Below the pieces are notes generated by a model, which was given only the letters and a program-made list of their open reading frames with translations, was not told the origin of the DNA and made no database searches. From the NCBI GenBank assembly GCA_964406515.1, contig CAYORV010000003.1, positions 1 to 58,976 of the forward strand: a stretch of 58,976 nt of DNA. The letters run 5' to 3'. Source of the DNA: Candidatus Woesearchaeota archaeon (GTDB taxonomy: Archaea; Nanobdellota; Nanobdellia; Pacearchaeales; GW2011-AR1). The translations under genes were made by a program, and so were the position numbers. Shown one piece after another: positions 18,935 through 27,458 of this stretch; positions within the stretch are counted from its first letter, which is position 1; every line of letters starts with the position of its first letter.

Positions 18935-20766
18935 CTAAAAGTCACCTCCAAATCTTGGTTCTCAAATAAGAAATAATTATTTTGAAGTTCTTCGATTGTT
19001 TTCGGAACAGCTAAACTATCTGCTTCTATTTCAATAATATTAGAATTTTGCAACTCAGATTCTAAAATATAATACTCTTGCTTTCCCCCTCCTGCAAGAA
19101 CATTAGATATCACCTGCGAAGGAATTTCAATATCAACACATTGTTCTTCAGTCATACCAAAAAGCCCTCCGATACCAGACCGAGAAACTTCAATACATTC
19201 TTCATGAACTATTTTTGATAATTGTATTGATGAGTCCTTGAAAACATAAACTTGAATCTCATATTGTGCTTCTGTTAATTTTACACTATTCTGTTCAGGA
19301 TAAACAATAGTTTCTGTATTATCCTCTGAGATGAAATAAATTATTGCCTCATCTCCATAATTAACTCCATCTAATTTTAATTTAATTTCCCTTTCATAAA
19401 GTTTATCCAAAATAATATCTGCACTTCCGGCTTGCGTTGTAGAAAGAACCTTCTTAGCATCTCTGAATCCTTCTGCTTTTGCAAGAACATAACCATTAAC
19501 ACACTGAGGAAAATCTGAATTTAATGATCCTCCAGAAGTAGTCCCAATATTACACTTCTCTCCAAAACATTCATAGGATATTTGTGCTTCAATTGGATTT
19601 AAAGAACCATCATAAGTTTTAACTTCAATAGGTGTATTCTTGTATTTGCATAATTCAACTTCCACATTAGAGGAAGTTGCGCCTAAAGCTTCTCTAGGTT
19701 TATTTCCTTGGATAACAACTGCAAGAGGGAATTGAAAAGTTTCACTTCCACTTGAGACTTGGACTAAAACAGGATACTTCACATTATAAACAAAGTGATA
19801 AGGAACATAACAAAATCCTAAAATTCCCAATCCAGGTTGATTTCCTACAGGATTAGCTAAAAGCATTTCTCCCTCAGACGGAAGAACTTCAAAAGCACTT
19901 GACCAATCTTTAGAATTAATAAATCTAACATCTTCATTCACATTAACATCAACAACAAAATATTCATCATTTCTACCAAGAAAACTTGCTTCTGTTCTCA
20001 AAGCAAGAGTATTTGTTTCAATAGCATCTTCCAATGAATCAAAAATTTCATTAGCGTTCCAAGTTTGAGGAGAACAAGTAATTTCCACCCCGTCAACAGG
20101 AGCATAAAGTCTCAAAAAATCAATAGCATAATCTTCCAAGAACAAATCTCTTTGCTCCTTATCATAAACTTCTCTTGCTGAAGCATAAAGCGCCCCTAAT
20201 TTTGATTTAATAGATACCCTATGACTTTTAATTATAGAACTCTTATCTTCTTTTTGAATACTCATTTTTAAATTCAATTTTACTTCAACATTATTATTCA
20301 TGATATTAATTGAAGCATCCGGTTCTTCAAATTCTATTTCAAAACCTTCATCATAATAATCATCAAAATTACAATTCCTAATTCTTTCTTCTATAAACTC
20401 TTGAAGTTGCGTCTCCATTTCTGTTTTAGAAGGAACTTGTTCTTTTTCTATATTATTTCCTGAAACATAATACCAATAAGGAATGGGATTTCCTAAAAAA
20501 TTAAGTTGAGACGAAAAAGGCATCTGAGCAGAACCAGGTTCAAAGTCAGGTAATTCAATATATCCTCCTTGACTTTCCAAAACATCAATTCCAATTTCTG
20601 TATCTTCTTCCAAACAAGTCAAAAAAGTATTATAAACTGGTTCAATACTTGCAGGAAGTCCGCCAATTCTAATCTGATCTCTAAGCAAAAAGAAACCCGC
20701 AACTCCAGCAACCAAAACTATCGCAATAATAATAAAAATAGTCACTTGACCTTTTTTACTTCTCAT
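18931..20766 (-). CDS. Large protein with class III (pilin-type) signal peptide
   Basis: MRSKKG|QVTIFIIIAIVLV; ATGA overlap with the giant gene. Confidence 0.75.
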   Translation of the reverse strand: MRSKKGQVTIFIIIAIVLVAGVAGFFLLRDQIRIGGLPASIEPVYNTFLTCLEEDTEIGIDVLESQGGYIELPDFEPGSAQMPFSSQLNFLGNPIPYWYYVSGNNIEKEQVPSKTEMETQLQEFIEERIRNCNFDDYYDEGFEIEFEEPDASINIMNNNVEVKLNLKMSIQKEDKSSIIKSHRVSIKSKLGALYASAREVYDKEQRDLFLEDYAIDFLRLYAPVDGVEITCSPQTWNANEIFDSLEDAIETNTLALRTEASFLGRNDEYFVVDVNVNEDVRFINSKDWSSAFEVLPSEGEMLLANPVGNQPGLGILGFCYVPYHFVYNVKYPVLVQVSSGSETFQFPLAVVIQGNKPREALGATSSNVEVELCKYKNTPIEVKTYDGSLNPIEAQISYECFGEKCNIGTTSGGSLNSDFPQCVNGYVLAKAEGFRDAKKVLSTTQAGSADIILDKLYEREIKLKLDGVNYGDEAIIYFISEDNTETIVYPEQNSVKLTEAQYEIQVYVFKDSSIQLSKIVHEECIEVSRSGIGGLFGMTEEQCVDIEIPSQVISNVLAGGGKQEYYILESELQNSNIIEIEADSLAVPKTIEELQNNYFLFENQDLEVTFR

Positions 20767-20897
20767 TCTTTTTCTACCTCCAAACCAAGTTTTTTTCTTA
20801 TTAAATTTAAAATTTCTGTATTAATATCTTTGTTAATAATTTCTTTAAATTTAGTCCAAAGTTTCTCATCCTCTATAAGAAGCAAATATTTTTTCAT
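20763..20897 (-). CDS. Small ribbon-helix-helix-like protein (44 aa)
   Basis: Manual translation MKKYLLLIEDEKLWTKFKEIINKDINTEILNLIRKKLGLEVEKE; ATGA-coupled to next gene; below ORF-track cutoff. Confidence 0.6.
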   Translation of the reverse strand: MKKYLLLIEDEKLWTKFKEIINKDINTEILNLIRKKLGLEVEKE

Positions 20898-20944
20898 ATA
20901 AGTTCAATACCATAAGAAAATTCCAATATTTAAATGTTTCTTAA

Positions 20945-20971
20945 TTATTAACTTACTTAGTAAGTTAATAA
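20945..20971. promoter_or_regulatory. Perfect inverted repeat with 13-bp arms upstream of the RHH/giant-protein operon (candidate operator)
   Basis: TTATTAACTTACT-T-AGTAAGTTAATAA. Confidence 0.55.
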
Positions 20972-21022
20972 GTTAGTAGAAGTTTTCTAAAATTAAATTA
21001 TTATAAAGATTTCCATACAAAA

Positions 21023-21226
21023 TCAGAATTCTCTTTTTTCTCTTTTTCCTTTCTTTATCAAATGAGTCAGACCTGAAAAAATAATTAAAACTCCTCCAAC
21101 AAAAAAGATCCATTTATTGATTTCAAGCACAAATTTTGGTAGAGTTACAAAAGAAAAAGCAAAATTAATGAAATACAATCCCAATGCCACATAAATCAAA
21201 AACCCGATTGTTCCCCACTTTTTCAT
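21023..21226 (-). CDS. Small two-TM membrane protein
   Basis: Two hydrophobic segments, basic tail. Confidence 0.65.
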   Translation of the reverse strand: MKKWGTIGFLIYVALGLYFINFAFSFVTLPKFVLEINKWIFFVGGVLIIFSGLTHLIKKGKREKREF

Positions 21227-21262
21227 AAACCCAATTAGGATATAAACTATTTAAATATTTCT

Positions 21263-21323
21263 TCAGGCCATTCAACTTCCTGTTGGGATGCTGGAGGTGT
21301 GAGGAACCCGCAGGAGGTTCTCA
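21263..21323. mobile_element. Diverged GC-rich hairpin element, probably of the GAACC/GGTTC family
   Basis: TCAGGC...GGAGGTGT..GAGGAACCCGCAGGAGGTTCTC. Confidence 0.45.
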
Positions 21324-21362
21324 ATTAATTAACTTTAAAAACCCAACTCCTCTTTTTCCATT

Positions 21363-21674
21363 ATGAAAATTCCCAAAGTTACAAACAGATATTGTCCGTA
21401 TTGTAAGAAAAGAACAGAACAAAAGATTAAAATAGTTGGTACAGGTTTTCAAAGAGGAACCTTAACAAGAGGTTCAAAATCACGAGCGAAATTAAGGGGC
21501 CTTGGAAGAGGAATTGGAAACAAGGGAAAATGGGGCTCAAAACCAGCACAATCTAAATTCAAAAGAAAAAGTAAAACAACCAAAAAAACAAACATAATGT
21601 ATACTTGTCAAGAATGTAAAAAATCAAAGTATCAGAAAAAAGGTCAAAGGGCCGGGAAGGTTTTACAAGAATGA
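21363..21674 (+). CDS. rpl44e: 50S ribosomal protein L44e (eL42)
   Basis: MKIPK...YCPYCKK...KTTKK...CQECKK. Confidence 0.92.
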   Translation: MKIPKVTNRYCPYCKKRTEQKIKIVGTGFQRGTLTRGSKSRAKLRGLGRGIGNKGKWGSKPAQSKFKRKSKTTKKTNIMYTCQECKKSKYQKKGQRAGKVLQE

Positions 21675-21738
21675 TAATCAGACGTGACCCAATTTCAGAG
21701 GAAAGTTTAATAAAGAAAACTAGGAGGTTATCTTTATA

Positions 21739-22275
21739 ATGGCACAAGCAAAAAGAAAAAAAAGATTTTTTGATGTAAAGATTCCAACAATTGGAAAAAC
21801 AACACAATTACAAGCATATGAAATTAAAGACCTAGAAGGAAGATTTGTAAAATATGATTTAACAAGATTTCTAAAAGGAAAAAGCATGTTACTAACTTCA
21901 GAAGTAAAAATAGAGAATGATGAAGCATCAACTTCTCCAAGAAAAATAATGTTAATGTCTTACTTTCTCAAAAGAATGGTAAGGAAAGGAACAAACTATG
22001 TTGAAGATTCATTTTCTGCTCCTTGTGAAAATGCTCAGATAAGAATAAAACCATTTCTTGTAACAAGAAGAAAAGTTTCAAGGGCCGTAAGAAAAGCACT
22101 AAGGGAAAAGGCAAGAGAAGAACTTACAAATTATATTAAAGATAAACCTTTCGAACATTTGTTTGATGAGATAATAAAAAATCAATTGCAACGACAATTG
22201 AGCATAAAGCTCAAAAAAATATACCCTCTTTCTCTTTGTGAAATACGAGTTCTACAAGTAGAAAATAAAAAGTAA
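21739..22275 (+). CDS. rps3ae: 30S ribosomal protein S3Ae (eS1)
   Basis: LKRMVRKGTNYVED...KLKKIYPLSLCEIR. Confidence 0.88.
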   Translation: MAQAKRKKRFFDVKIPTIGKTTQLQAYEIKDLEGRFVKYDLTRFLKGKSMLLTSEVKIENDEASTSPRKIMLMSYFLKRMVRKGTNYVEDSFSAPCENAQIRIKPFLVTRRKVSRAVRKALREKAREELTNYIKDKPFEHLFDEIIKNQLQRQLSIKLKKIYPLSLCEIRVLQVENKK

Positions 22276-22346
22276 GCCTGCGGAGAGATTCGAACTCCCG
22301 ACCCTTTGCTTACAAGGCAAACGCTCTACCACTGAGCTACACAGGC
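22275..22346 (-). tRNA. tRNA-Thr(UGU)
   Basis: GCCTGTG/CGCAGGC acceptor, TTTGC-CTTGTAA-GCAAA, TTCGAAT. Confidence 0.95.
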
Positions 22347-22452
22347 ATTTATGCATTGTGTAACGATTAATCGCTTTAAAGCGATTCCTTCCCAAAAGGG
22401 AGGGGTTACTGTAAGGGGAACCGTAGGTGCCCCTCATGAGCTACACAGGCAT
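22333..22452. mobile_element. Short GGAACC hairpin element between 16-bp direct repeats of the tRNA-Thr 5' end
   Basis: TGAGCTACACAGGCAT at 22333-22348 and 22437-22452; AGGGGAACCGTAGGTGCCCCT hairpin. Confidence 0.7.
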
Positions 22453-22514
22453 AATATCAATTAACCAAACTATATTAAAAAGATTTCTATTGGACAAAAA
22501 CCTTAAATACTATC

Positions 22515-22566
22515 TATTGCTTTACAATATTGTATTTAATATTATAATCAGTATTGATTTACAATA
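22515..22566. promoter_or_regulatory. Two TATTG-N5-CAATA palindromes before the HTH gene (candidate operators)
   Basis: TATTGCTTTACAATA 22515-22529 and TATTGATTTACAATA 22552-22566. Confidence 0.45.
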
Positions 22567-22568
22567 GA

Positions 22569-22766
22569 ATGGATAAAAATAGAACAATAATTATAAAAGA
22601 GTTAAAGAAAAATCCAAATGGATTCACAATTTCCGAATTATCTAAAAAATTAAACCTATCTCGACAAACAATCGCTAATTGTTTTGCATTTCTCGAAGGA
22701 GCTCAAAAAGTTAAAATAAGAAAAGTGGGTATGGCAAAAATATATTTCTGGGAGGATAAACAATGA
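22569..22766 (+). CDS. Small winged-HTH transcriptional regulator
   Basis: GFTISELSKKLNLSRQTIANCFAFLEGAQKV; ATG 22569 preferred. Confidence 0.8.
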   Translation: MDKNRTIIIKELKKNPNGFTISELSKKLNLSRQTIANCFAFLEGAQKVKIRKVGMAKIYFWEDKQ

Positions 22767-25231
22767 GAAAACTATTAACAATTATCTTACTAAGTATATT
22801 CCTCATTAGTTTTGTTTCTGCAGTTTGCACAGTTACTTTGGATAAAGAAATTTATAATTCTCAAGCAACAGTTACAGCAACTATGCTTTGCGATAATAAA
22901 AACGAAGATAATGATGCTTATACTCTTAATTGGACTAATTCTTCTAGATATGTTTTAGAAACAGATACAGGGTTTGCACCCAAACATGATAATGCCTTTT
23001 TTGATACTTATACTTTACCAGCAAATTATAATGATACTTATGGAGATTATATTAATGCAACTTTAAATGGAGTTCCATCCCCAGGAGATTTAGAAGGAAC
23101 AGATTTTGCTAATGTTACTGGAGATAATGCTTATAGTTTAATAATAAATCATACTCATTTTTCGCCGTTTGCTTTTATCGGAAATTTATTCTCACTTAAT
23201 TATAATGTTAAAGATGTAAATGGGAAATTAGTCAGTAATGCAAAATGTTTTACTTTTGGGACAGATGAATCTAATTCACCATTGGCGACTTGTGGCGAAA
23301 GTGTTTCTCTTAATGGTAGGGGAGTTTGTTCAGATGTTTTAGCTAATATTTTTGATGAAGGAGAACAATATATTGTAAGAACAAGATGTAGCTGTGGAAC
23401 AGGAGATAATGCTTGTTTTGATGAAGATGGAAATAGTGTTAATTTAAGTACGGGTTCAACAACCACTCCTTTTACTACAAATACTTGGTTGACTGTCAAT
23501 ACCGTTACAGATAAAAGTAATTATTTTATGAAAAATGAAATTATTATATGCGCCAATATTACAAATGTAGATAAAACTTATAGAATTCCGTTACATATAA
23601 ATCATCAAATAAGGTGTAGTGCTGGAGCAGATAATTATGGAGATTTGGATAGAACTTTAATAATTTCAGATGGTGAAGAACATGATGTAAGAGGGATAGA
23701 TAATGGGACAACACAGATGCAATGTAAAAGATTTCAAATCCCCGAATCAAGATATTTACAAGGAAAATCTTCAGAGTGTTATGCCTCTACAACTGTATTT
23801 GTTATTGGGAAGGAACATCAGGAAATTATGAATTATGCTACATCTTCTCCTGTTTTTAATATTACTTCTGATGAATTAAATATCAATCCAGATTGGCAAA
23901 GAACATCGGATTATAATTGGAATACAATAGTTAATCTATCAACTAATAATTATGGAGATTTTAATGGCATTGGAACTGGAAATATTGATTTAAAATTAAA
24001 TATGATACCAAATTCAATTGATACAACAGACCAATATGGAACAAAATCAATTCAAATTGAAGATTTTATAATGACTCAATATATTAAAAATATAATTGCT
24101 AAAAATTCATCTGGAGAGAATATAAGTTATAATTTTGAAATGTTGGACGATGGAAGTATTGAAATAGAATTAATAAACGTTGATATTTCTTCAACCGGGT
24201 GGTTTAATGTTACCTTAGAATTTAATCAATTTTTAGAAAGGCAAGCAGATGCGTTAGAAGGGATAGAAAACAAAACAGGAACATTTCACTTAGATATTGA
24301 TTGTCCTTCTTCTGGAACTATCGGAAGTGACATGAATTGTATAATTACTGCTTATCTAGAAGACCCACAAGCTGTTCAAAAAGAAGTTGATTTTACTTGT
24401 TATATTTCAGATGGAACATATCAATATAGCTCTCTAAATTTCAATCAAATGATTACAAAAAGTGTTGTTTCATTATCACGAACATTTGCAATCCCCTCCA
24501 CATTTACAGATGGAACTTCTTATGTGTTACAATGTCATGCAGATTATTACAATTTAGGAAGCAGAAGAGACAGTTTCTATGATACTTTTACTGCTTCAAC
24601 CTCTCCTCCAGGAGGGGGAGGTCCTTCAGGAGGATCAGGGATCACAGGAGGAGTAGTGGATGAAGAAGACGAAGATGACAAAGAGGGAATTCTGAAAAAA
24701 ATTGAAGACATAATCAAAAAAATAAATCCTTTCAACCCAGAAACAAATCCTTTAGTCCTAATAATAGAAGGTGGCATTTTATTTTTAATTATTGGATTCT
24801 TAATTCTTTGTATCCTAAGAAAAAGAAAACAGCCTCCTCGCCAAAGAACTGATATCAAGGAAACATTACAAAAAATATTCAAACCAATCTTTATCTTAGT
24901 GGGAATTTCAGCAATAATAGCTTTGATTGCATACCTCTACAAAAAGATAAAAAACATTTCAATAAATACGTCATTCATCCAAGATCCTCTAATCAGAGAC
25001 TTAATCTTAATAGGGGCAATTGTAGGATTTGCAATAATTCTTTTCAAATCATTACACATTCGTGGAGAGATTCAATTTGGAAGAGACCCTCATCGCCCAA
25101 GATTCAATCAAGATAAAACCACAAGCCGTCTGCAAAGAAAAATAAACCGCCATACTCTTAAACATGAACTACGAAGAAAAAAACATACAAAACACCCAGT
25201 AATAAGAAAAGTTAGAATAAAAAGAAAATAA
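22763..25231 (+). CDS. Secreted, C-terminally membrane-anchored surface protein
   Basis: Signal peptide, Thr/Asn/Cys-rich ectodomain, Gly/Ser linker, about three TM segments, basic tail. Confidence 0.7.
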   Translation: MRKLLTIILLSIFLISFVSAVCTVTLDKEIYNSQATVTATMLCDNKNEDNDAYTLNWTNSSRYVLETDTGFAPKHDNAFFDTYTLPANYNDTYGDYINATLNGVPSPGDLEGTDFANVTGDNAYSLIINHTHFSPFAFIGNLFSLNYNVKDVNGKLVSNAKCFTFGTDESNSPLATCGESVSLNGRGVCSDVLANIFDEGEQYIVRTRCSCGTGDNACFDEDGNSVNLSTGSTTTPFTTNTWLTVNTVTDKSNYFMKNEIIICANITNVDKTYRIPLHINHQIRCSAGADNYGDLDRTLIISDGEEHDVRGIDNGTTQMQCKRFQIPESRYLQGKSSECYASTTVFVIGKEHQEIMNYATSSPVFNITSDELNINPDWQRTSDYNWNTIVNLSTNNYGDFNGIGTGNIDLKLNMIPNSIDTTDQYGTKSIQIEDFIMTQYIKNIIAKNSSGENISYNFEMLDDGSIEIELINVDISSTGWFNVTLEFNQFLERQADALEGIENKTGTFHLDIDCPSSGTIGSDMNCIITAYLEDPQAVQKEVDFTCYISDGTYQYSSLNFNQMITKSVVSLSRTFAIPSTFTDGTSYVLQCHADYYNLGSRRDSFYDTFTASTSPPGGGGPSGGSGITGGVVDEEDEDDKEGILKKIEDIIKKINPFNPETNPLVLIIEGGILFLIIGFLILCILRKRKQPPRQRTDIKETLQKIFKPIFILVGISAIIALIAYLYKKIKNISINTSFIQDPLIRDLILIGAIVGFAIILFKSLHIRGEIQFGRDPHRPRFNQDKTTSRLQRKINRHTLKHELRRKKHTKHPVIRKVRIKRK

Positions 25232-25233
25232 TT

Positions 25234-25297
25234 CTATTTCAACTTAACAGCAGTTCCATAAGCAAGCATTTCAGAAGCACCCTGCATTATCATTGAA
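25234..25297 (-). repeat. Displaced copy of the last 20 codons plus stop of ybjQ (matches 25931-25994)
   Basis: 64-bp alignment with only synonymous and stop-codon differences. Confidence 0.9.
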
Positions 25298-25347
25298 TTT
25301 ATTATCCAATTGCATAAATTTTTAAATAACATTTTTAATAATTTCTT

Positions 25348-25902
25348 ATGATTAAACGGATAAAACCCTGTGAACATCACAATAGAAAAATAGGTTTAGA
25401 AAAAAGAACTGAGTTTTTCTTTAGTCCTGGCTATAATGTTATAATCGGTCCAAACCAATCTGGAAAATCAACTTTGTTAGAAGCCTTAGCAAGTTGCAAT
25501 TATTGTGAAATTGAGAAAACCTCAGATACAAAAATAAAATTTATCTCAACTGAAACACTTAGTCCTCTAATGATGAAAAAATTTAAATCAAGAGAACAAG
25601 TAATAATGTACACAAGAGCATTGTTTTCATCATATGGGGAAATTGTTCAGGAACTATTAGGGGCTCAAGGATATCTTGAAGAAAATTGCATCATAATTGA
25701 TACTCCTGAAACAGGCCAAGACATAGAAAATAGTTTTATAATACATGAAGGATTTAAAAAAATGGCTAGCAAAGGAATTCAAGTGATTATTGCAACCCAC
25801 CATCCCGTTTTCCTCCAGGATGTTAACAAAGTAATAGAATTTAAAGAAAATTATCTTAAAAAATTTTTAGAATTATATAATAAAAGTTTGATAACTCGCT
25901 AA
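25348..25902 (+). CDS. Stand-alone ABC-class/AAA ATPase
   Basis: Walker A GPNQSGKST, Walker B IIIDTPE, H-loop IIATHH. Confidence 0.85.
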   Translation: MIKRIKPCEHHNRKIGLEKRTEFFFSPGYNVIIGPNQSGKSTLLEALASCNYCEIEKTSDTKIKFISTETLSPLMMKKFKSREQVIMYTRALFSSYGEIVQELLGAQGYLEENCIIIDTPETGQDIENSFIIHEGFKKMASKGIQVIIATHHPVFLQDVNKVIEFKENYLKKFLELYNKSLITR

Positions 25903-25930
25903 TTTATTATTACACCCACACAAATTTTAA

Positions 25931-26287
25931 TCACTTCAACTTCACAGCAGTTCCGTAAGCAAGCATTTCAGAAGCACCCTGCATTATCATTGAAGTCATA
26001 AATCTAATACCAATAATTGCATCTGCGCCCAATTCAATTGCCTGGTTAACCATTCTATTGTATGCTTCATCTCTTGCATTAGCAATCATATCTGTATAAG
26101 TTTTTATCTCTCCACCAACAATACTCTTAAATCCTGCACCAATATCCCTTCCAATATTCCTTGCTCTTACTGTATTTCCTCTAACAATACCTAAAACCTG
26201 CGCAACTTTCTTATCAGGAACTTCTACAGCTGTTGTAACAACTATCTTTCCCTGTTTCTCTTCAGTTTTTATTTCTTGTTCTTCCAT
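25931..26287 (-). CDS. YbjQ-family (UPF0145) putative heavy-metal-binding protein
   Basis: LGIVRG...DIGAGFKSIVGGEIKTYT...GADAIIG...AYGTAV; start at MEEQ preferred. Confidence 0.9.
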   Translation of the reverse strand: MEEQEIKTEEKQGKIVVTTAVEVPDKKVAQVLGIVRGNTVRARNIGRDIGAGFKSIVGGEIKTYTDMIANARDEAYNRMVNQAIELGADAIIGIRFMTSMIMQGASEMLAYGTAVKLK

Positions 26288-26376
26288 TTTATTATCAGCT
26301 TCCTGCTGGGTTGCCGAGCGGTTCTGTGGTAGAGGCTTTTTGTTATCCATCCCTCGTGCAGAATCGCGAGCAGGAT

Positions 26377-26580
26377 TCATAAAAACCCGCTGGTGGTTTT
26401 TATCTGTTCTATTACATCTTCTTTTTTATTTAAAAATATAACTATTCCAATAATTAAAATAGGAATTCCATAAATTAACAGAACAACAGATTCTTCAAAA
26501 GGAACCAAGAGATATACCAAACTCATCGCTATTCCAACTAAAATCATGATTATTCCAACAATTGTTCTACTATTTAACAT
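26377..26580 (-). CDS. Small two-TM membrane protein
   Basis: Two hydrophobic helices followed by EDVIEQIK. Confidence 0.7.
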   Translation of the reverse strand: MLNSRTIVGIIMILVGIAMSLVYLLVPFEESVVLLIYGIPILIIGIVIFLNKKEDVIEQIKTTSGFL

Positions 26581-26662
26581 TAAAAAAATATAAAACTAAA
26601 GTTAATAAAATTAACTAATTCCTCCAATCAAACTATCCTTGATTCAAAAAAAAGAAAAAAAT

Positions 26663-26995
26663 TTAGTTATTCAATCTACCCTTCACATCTTTCAATTGTG
26701 CTTCTAAACTTTTTTCTTGTTCTTTTAAAACTGAAAGTTCGTCTTGTTCAGTTAGTGGATATCCAGCAGATTCCAGGCTTCTTGGTAAACCCCCTCTTCC
26801 TAATCCAAAACCTGGGGCAGGTGGTCCTCGTCTAAATCCTCCACCAAATCCTCTTCCTAAACCAAGTCCTCTTCCTCTACCATATCCTACTCCAGCATTT
26901 ACAGATCCAGGGGCAGAATAACCTGAACAATATCCCATTCCTCTTCCAGTCATTGGTCCCATTCCAGCAGGACCTGTTCTATCTCCTCGTGGCAT
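26663..26995 (-). CDS. DUF5320-family protein
   Basis: MPRGDRTGPAGMGPMTGRGMGYC, Gly/Arg-rich middle, coiled-coil end. Confidence 0.88.
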   Translation of the reverse strand: MPRGDRTGPAGMGPMTGRGMGYCSGYSAPGSVNAGVGYGRGRGLGLGRGFGGGFRRGPPAPGFGLGRGGLPRSLESAGYPLTEQDELSVLKEQEKSLEAQLKDVKGRLNN

Positions 26996-26996
26996 C

Positions 26997-27389
26997 TTAT
27001 TTTTTACCTCCTTTCAATTTTTTAATGAATTTTTCTAATTTCAAAAGAGTAGGTTTACTAAGTCCATGCTCCATGATACATGCGTCCTGTAAAGCCGTTT
27101 TTTCATTTACTTTCAAAAAATCTGTAAAAAATTCAAGCAATGCCTTATGTTTTTTATAAACTTCCTTAGCAATTTTCTCTCCATTTTCTGTCAATTGAAC
27201 AAAACCATACTTTTCATATACAACTAAATTTTTATCATCTAACTTTTTAATCGCCATATTCACACTCGGCAAACTAACAGAAAGATTATTGGCTATGTCT
27301 TTTATTCTCACAACTTTTTTATTATTTTTTAGAACATAAATAGTTTCTAAATAATCTTCAAAACTTTTACTTAAATTTTGTTCTTTCAT
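26997..27389 (-). CDS. DtxR/MntR-family metal-dependent repressor
   Basis: EDYLETIY...DIANNLSVSLPSV...DACIMEHGLS. Confidence 0.93.
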   Translation of the reverse strand: MKEQNLSKSFEDYLETIYVLKNNKKVVRIKDIANNLSVSLPSVNMAIKKLDDKNLVVYEKYGFVQLTENGEKIAKEVYKKHKALLEFFTDFLKVNEKTALQDACIMEHGLSKPTLLKLEKFIKKLKGGKK

Positions 27390-27400
27390 TCTATCTAAAA

Positions 27401-27422
27401 ATTGTTAGTTTTACCTAACAAT
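27401..27422. promoter_or_regulatory. DtxR/MntR-type operator upstream of the repressor gene
   Basis: ATTGTTAG-TTTTAC-CTAACAAT (TTAG-N6-CTAA). Confidence 0.65.
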
Positions 27423-27458
27423 ATTCAAGAGAACTAACTTTAAAAAACTTTCTCATCT

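Noticed and set aside
21671-21739. rps27e expected after rpl44e
   Set aside because: The gap encodes only a 22-aa ORF without Cys motifs
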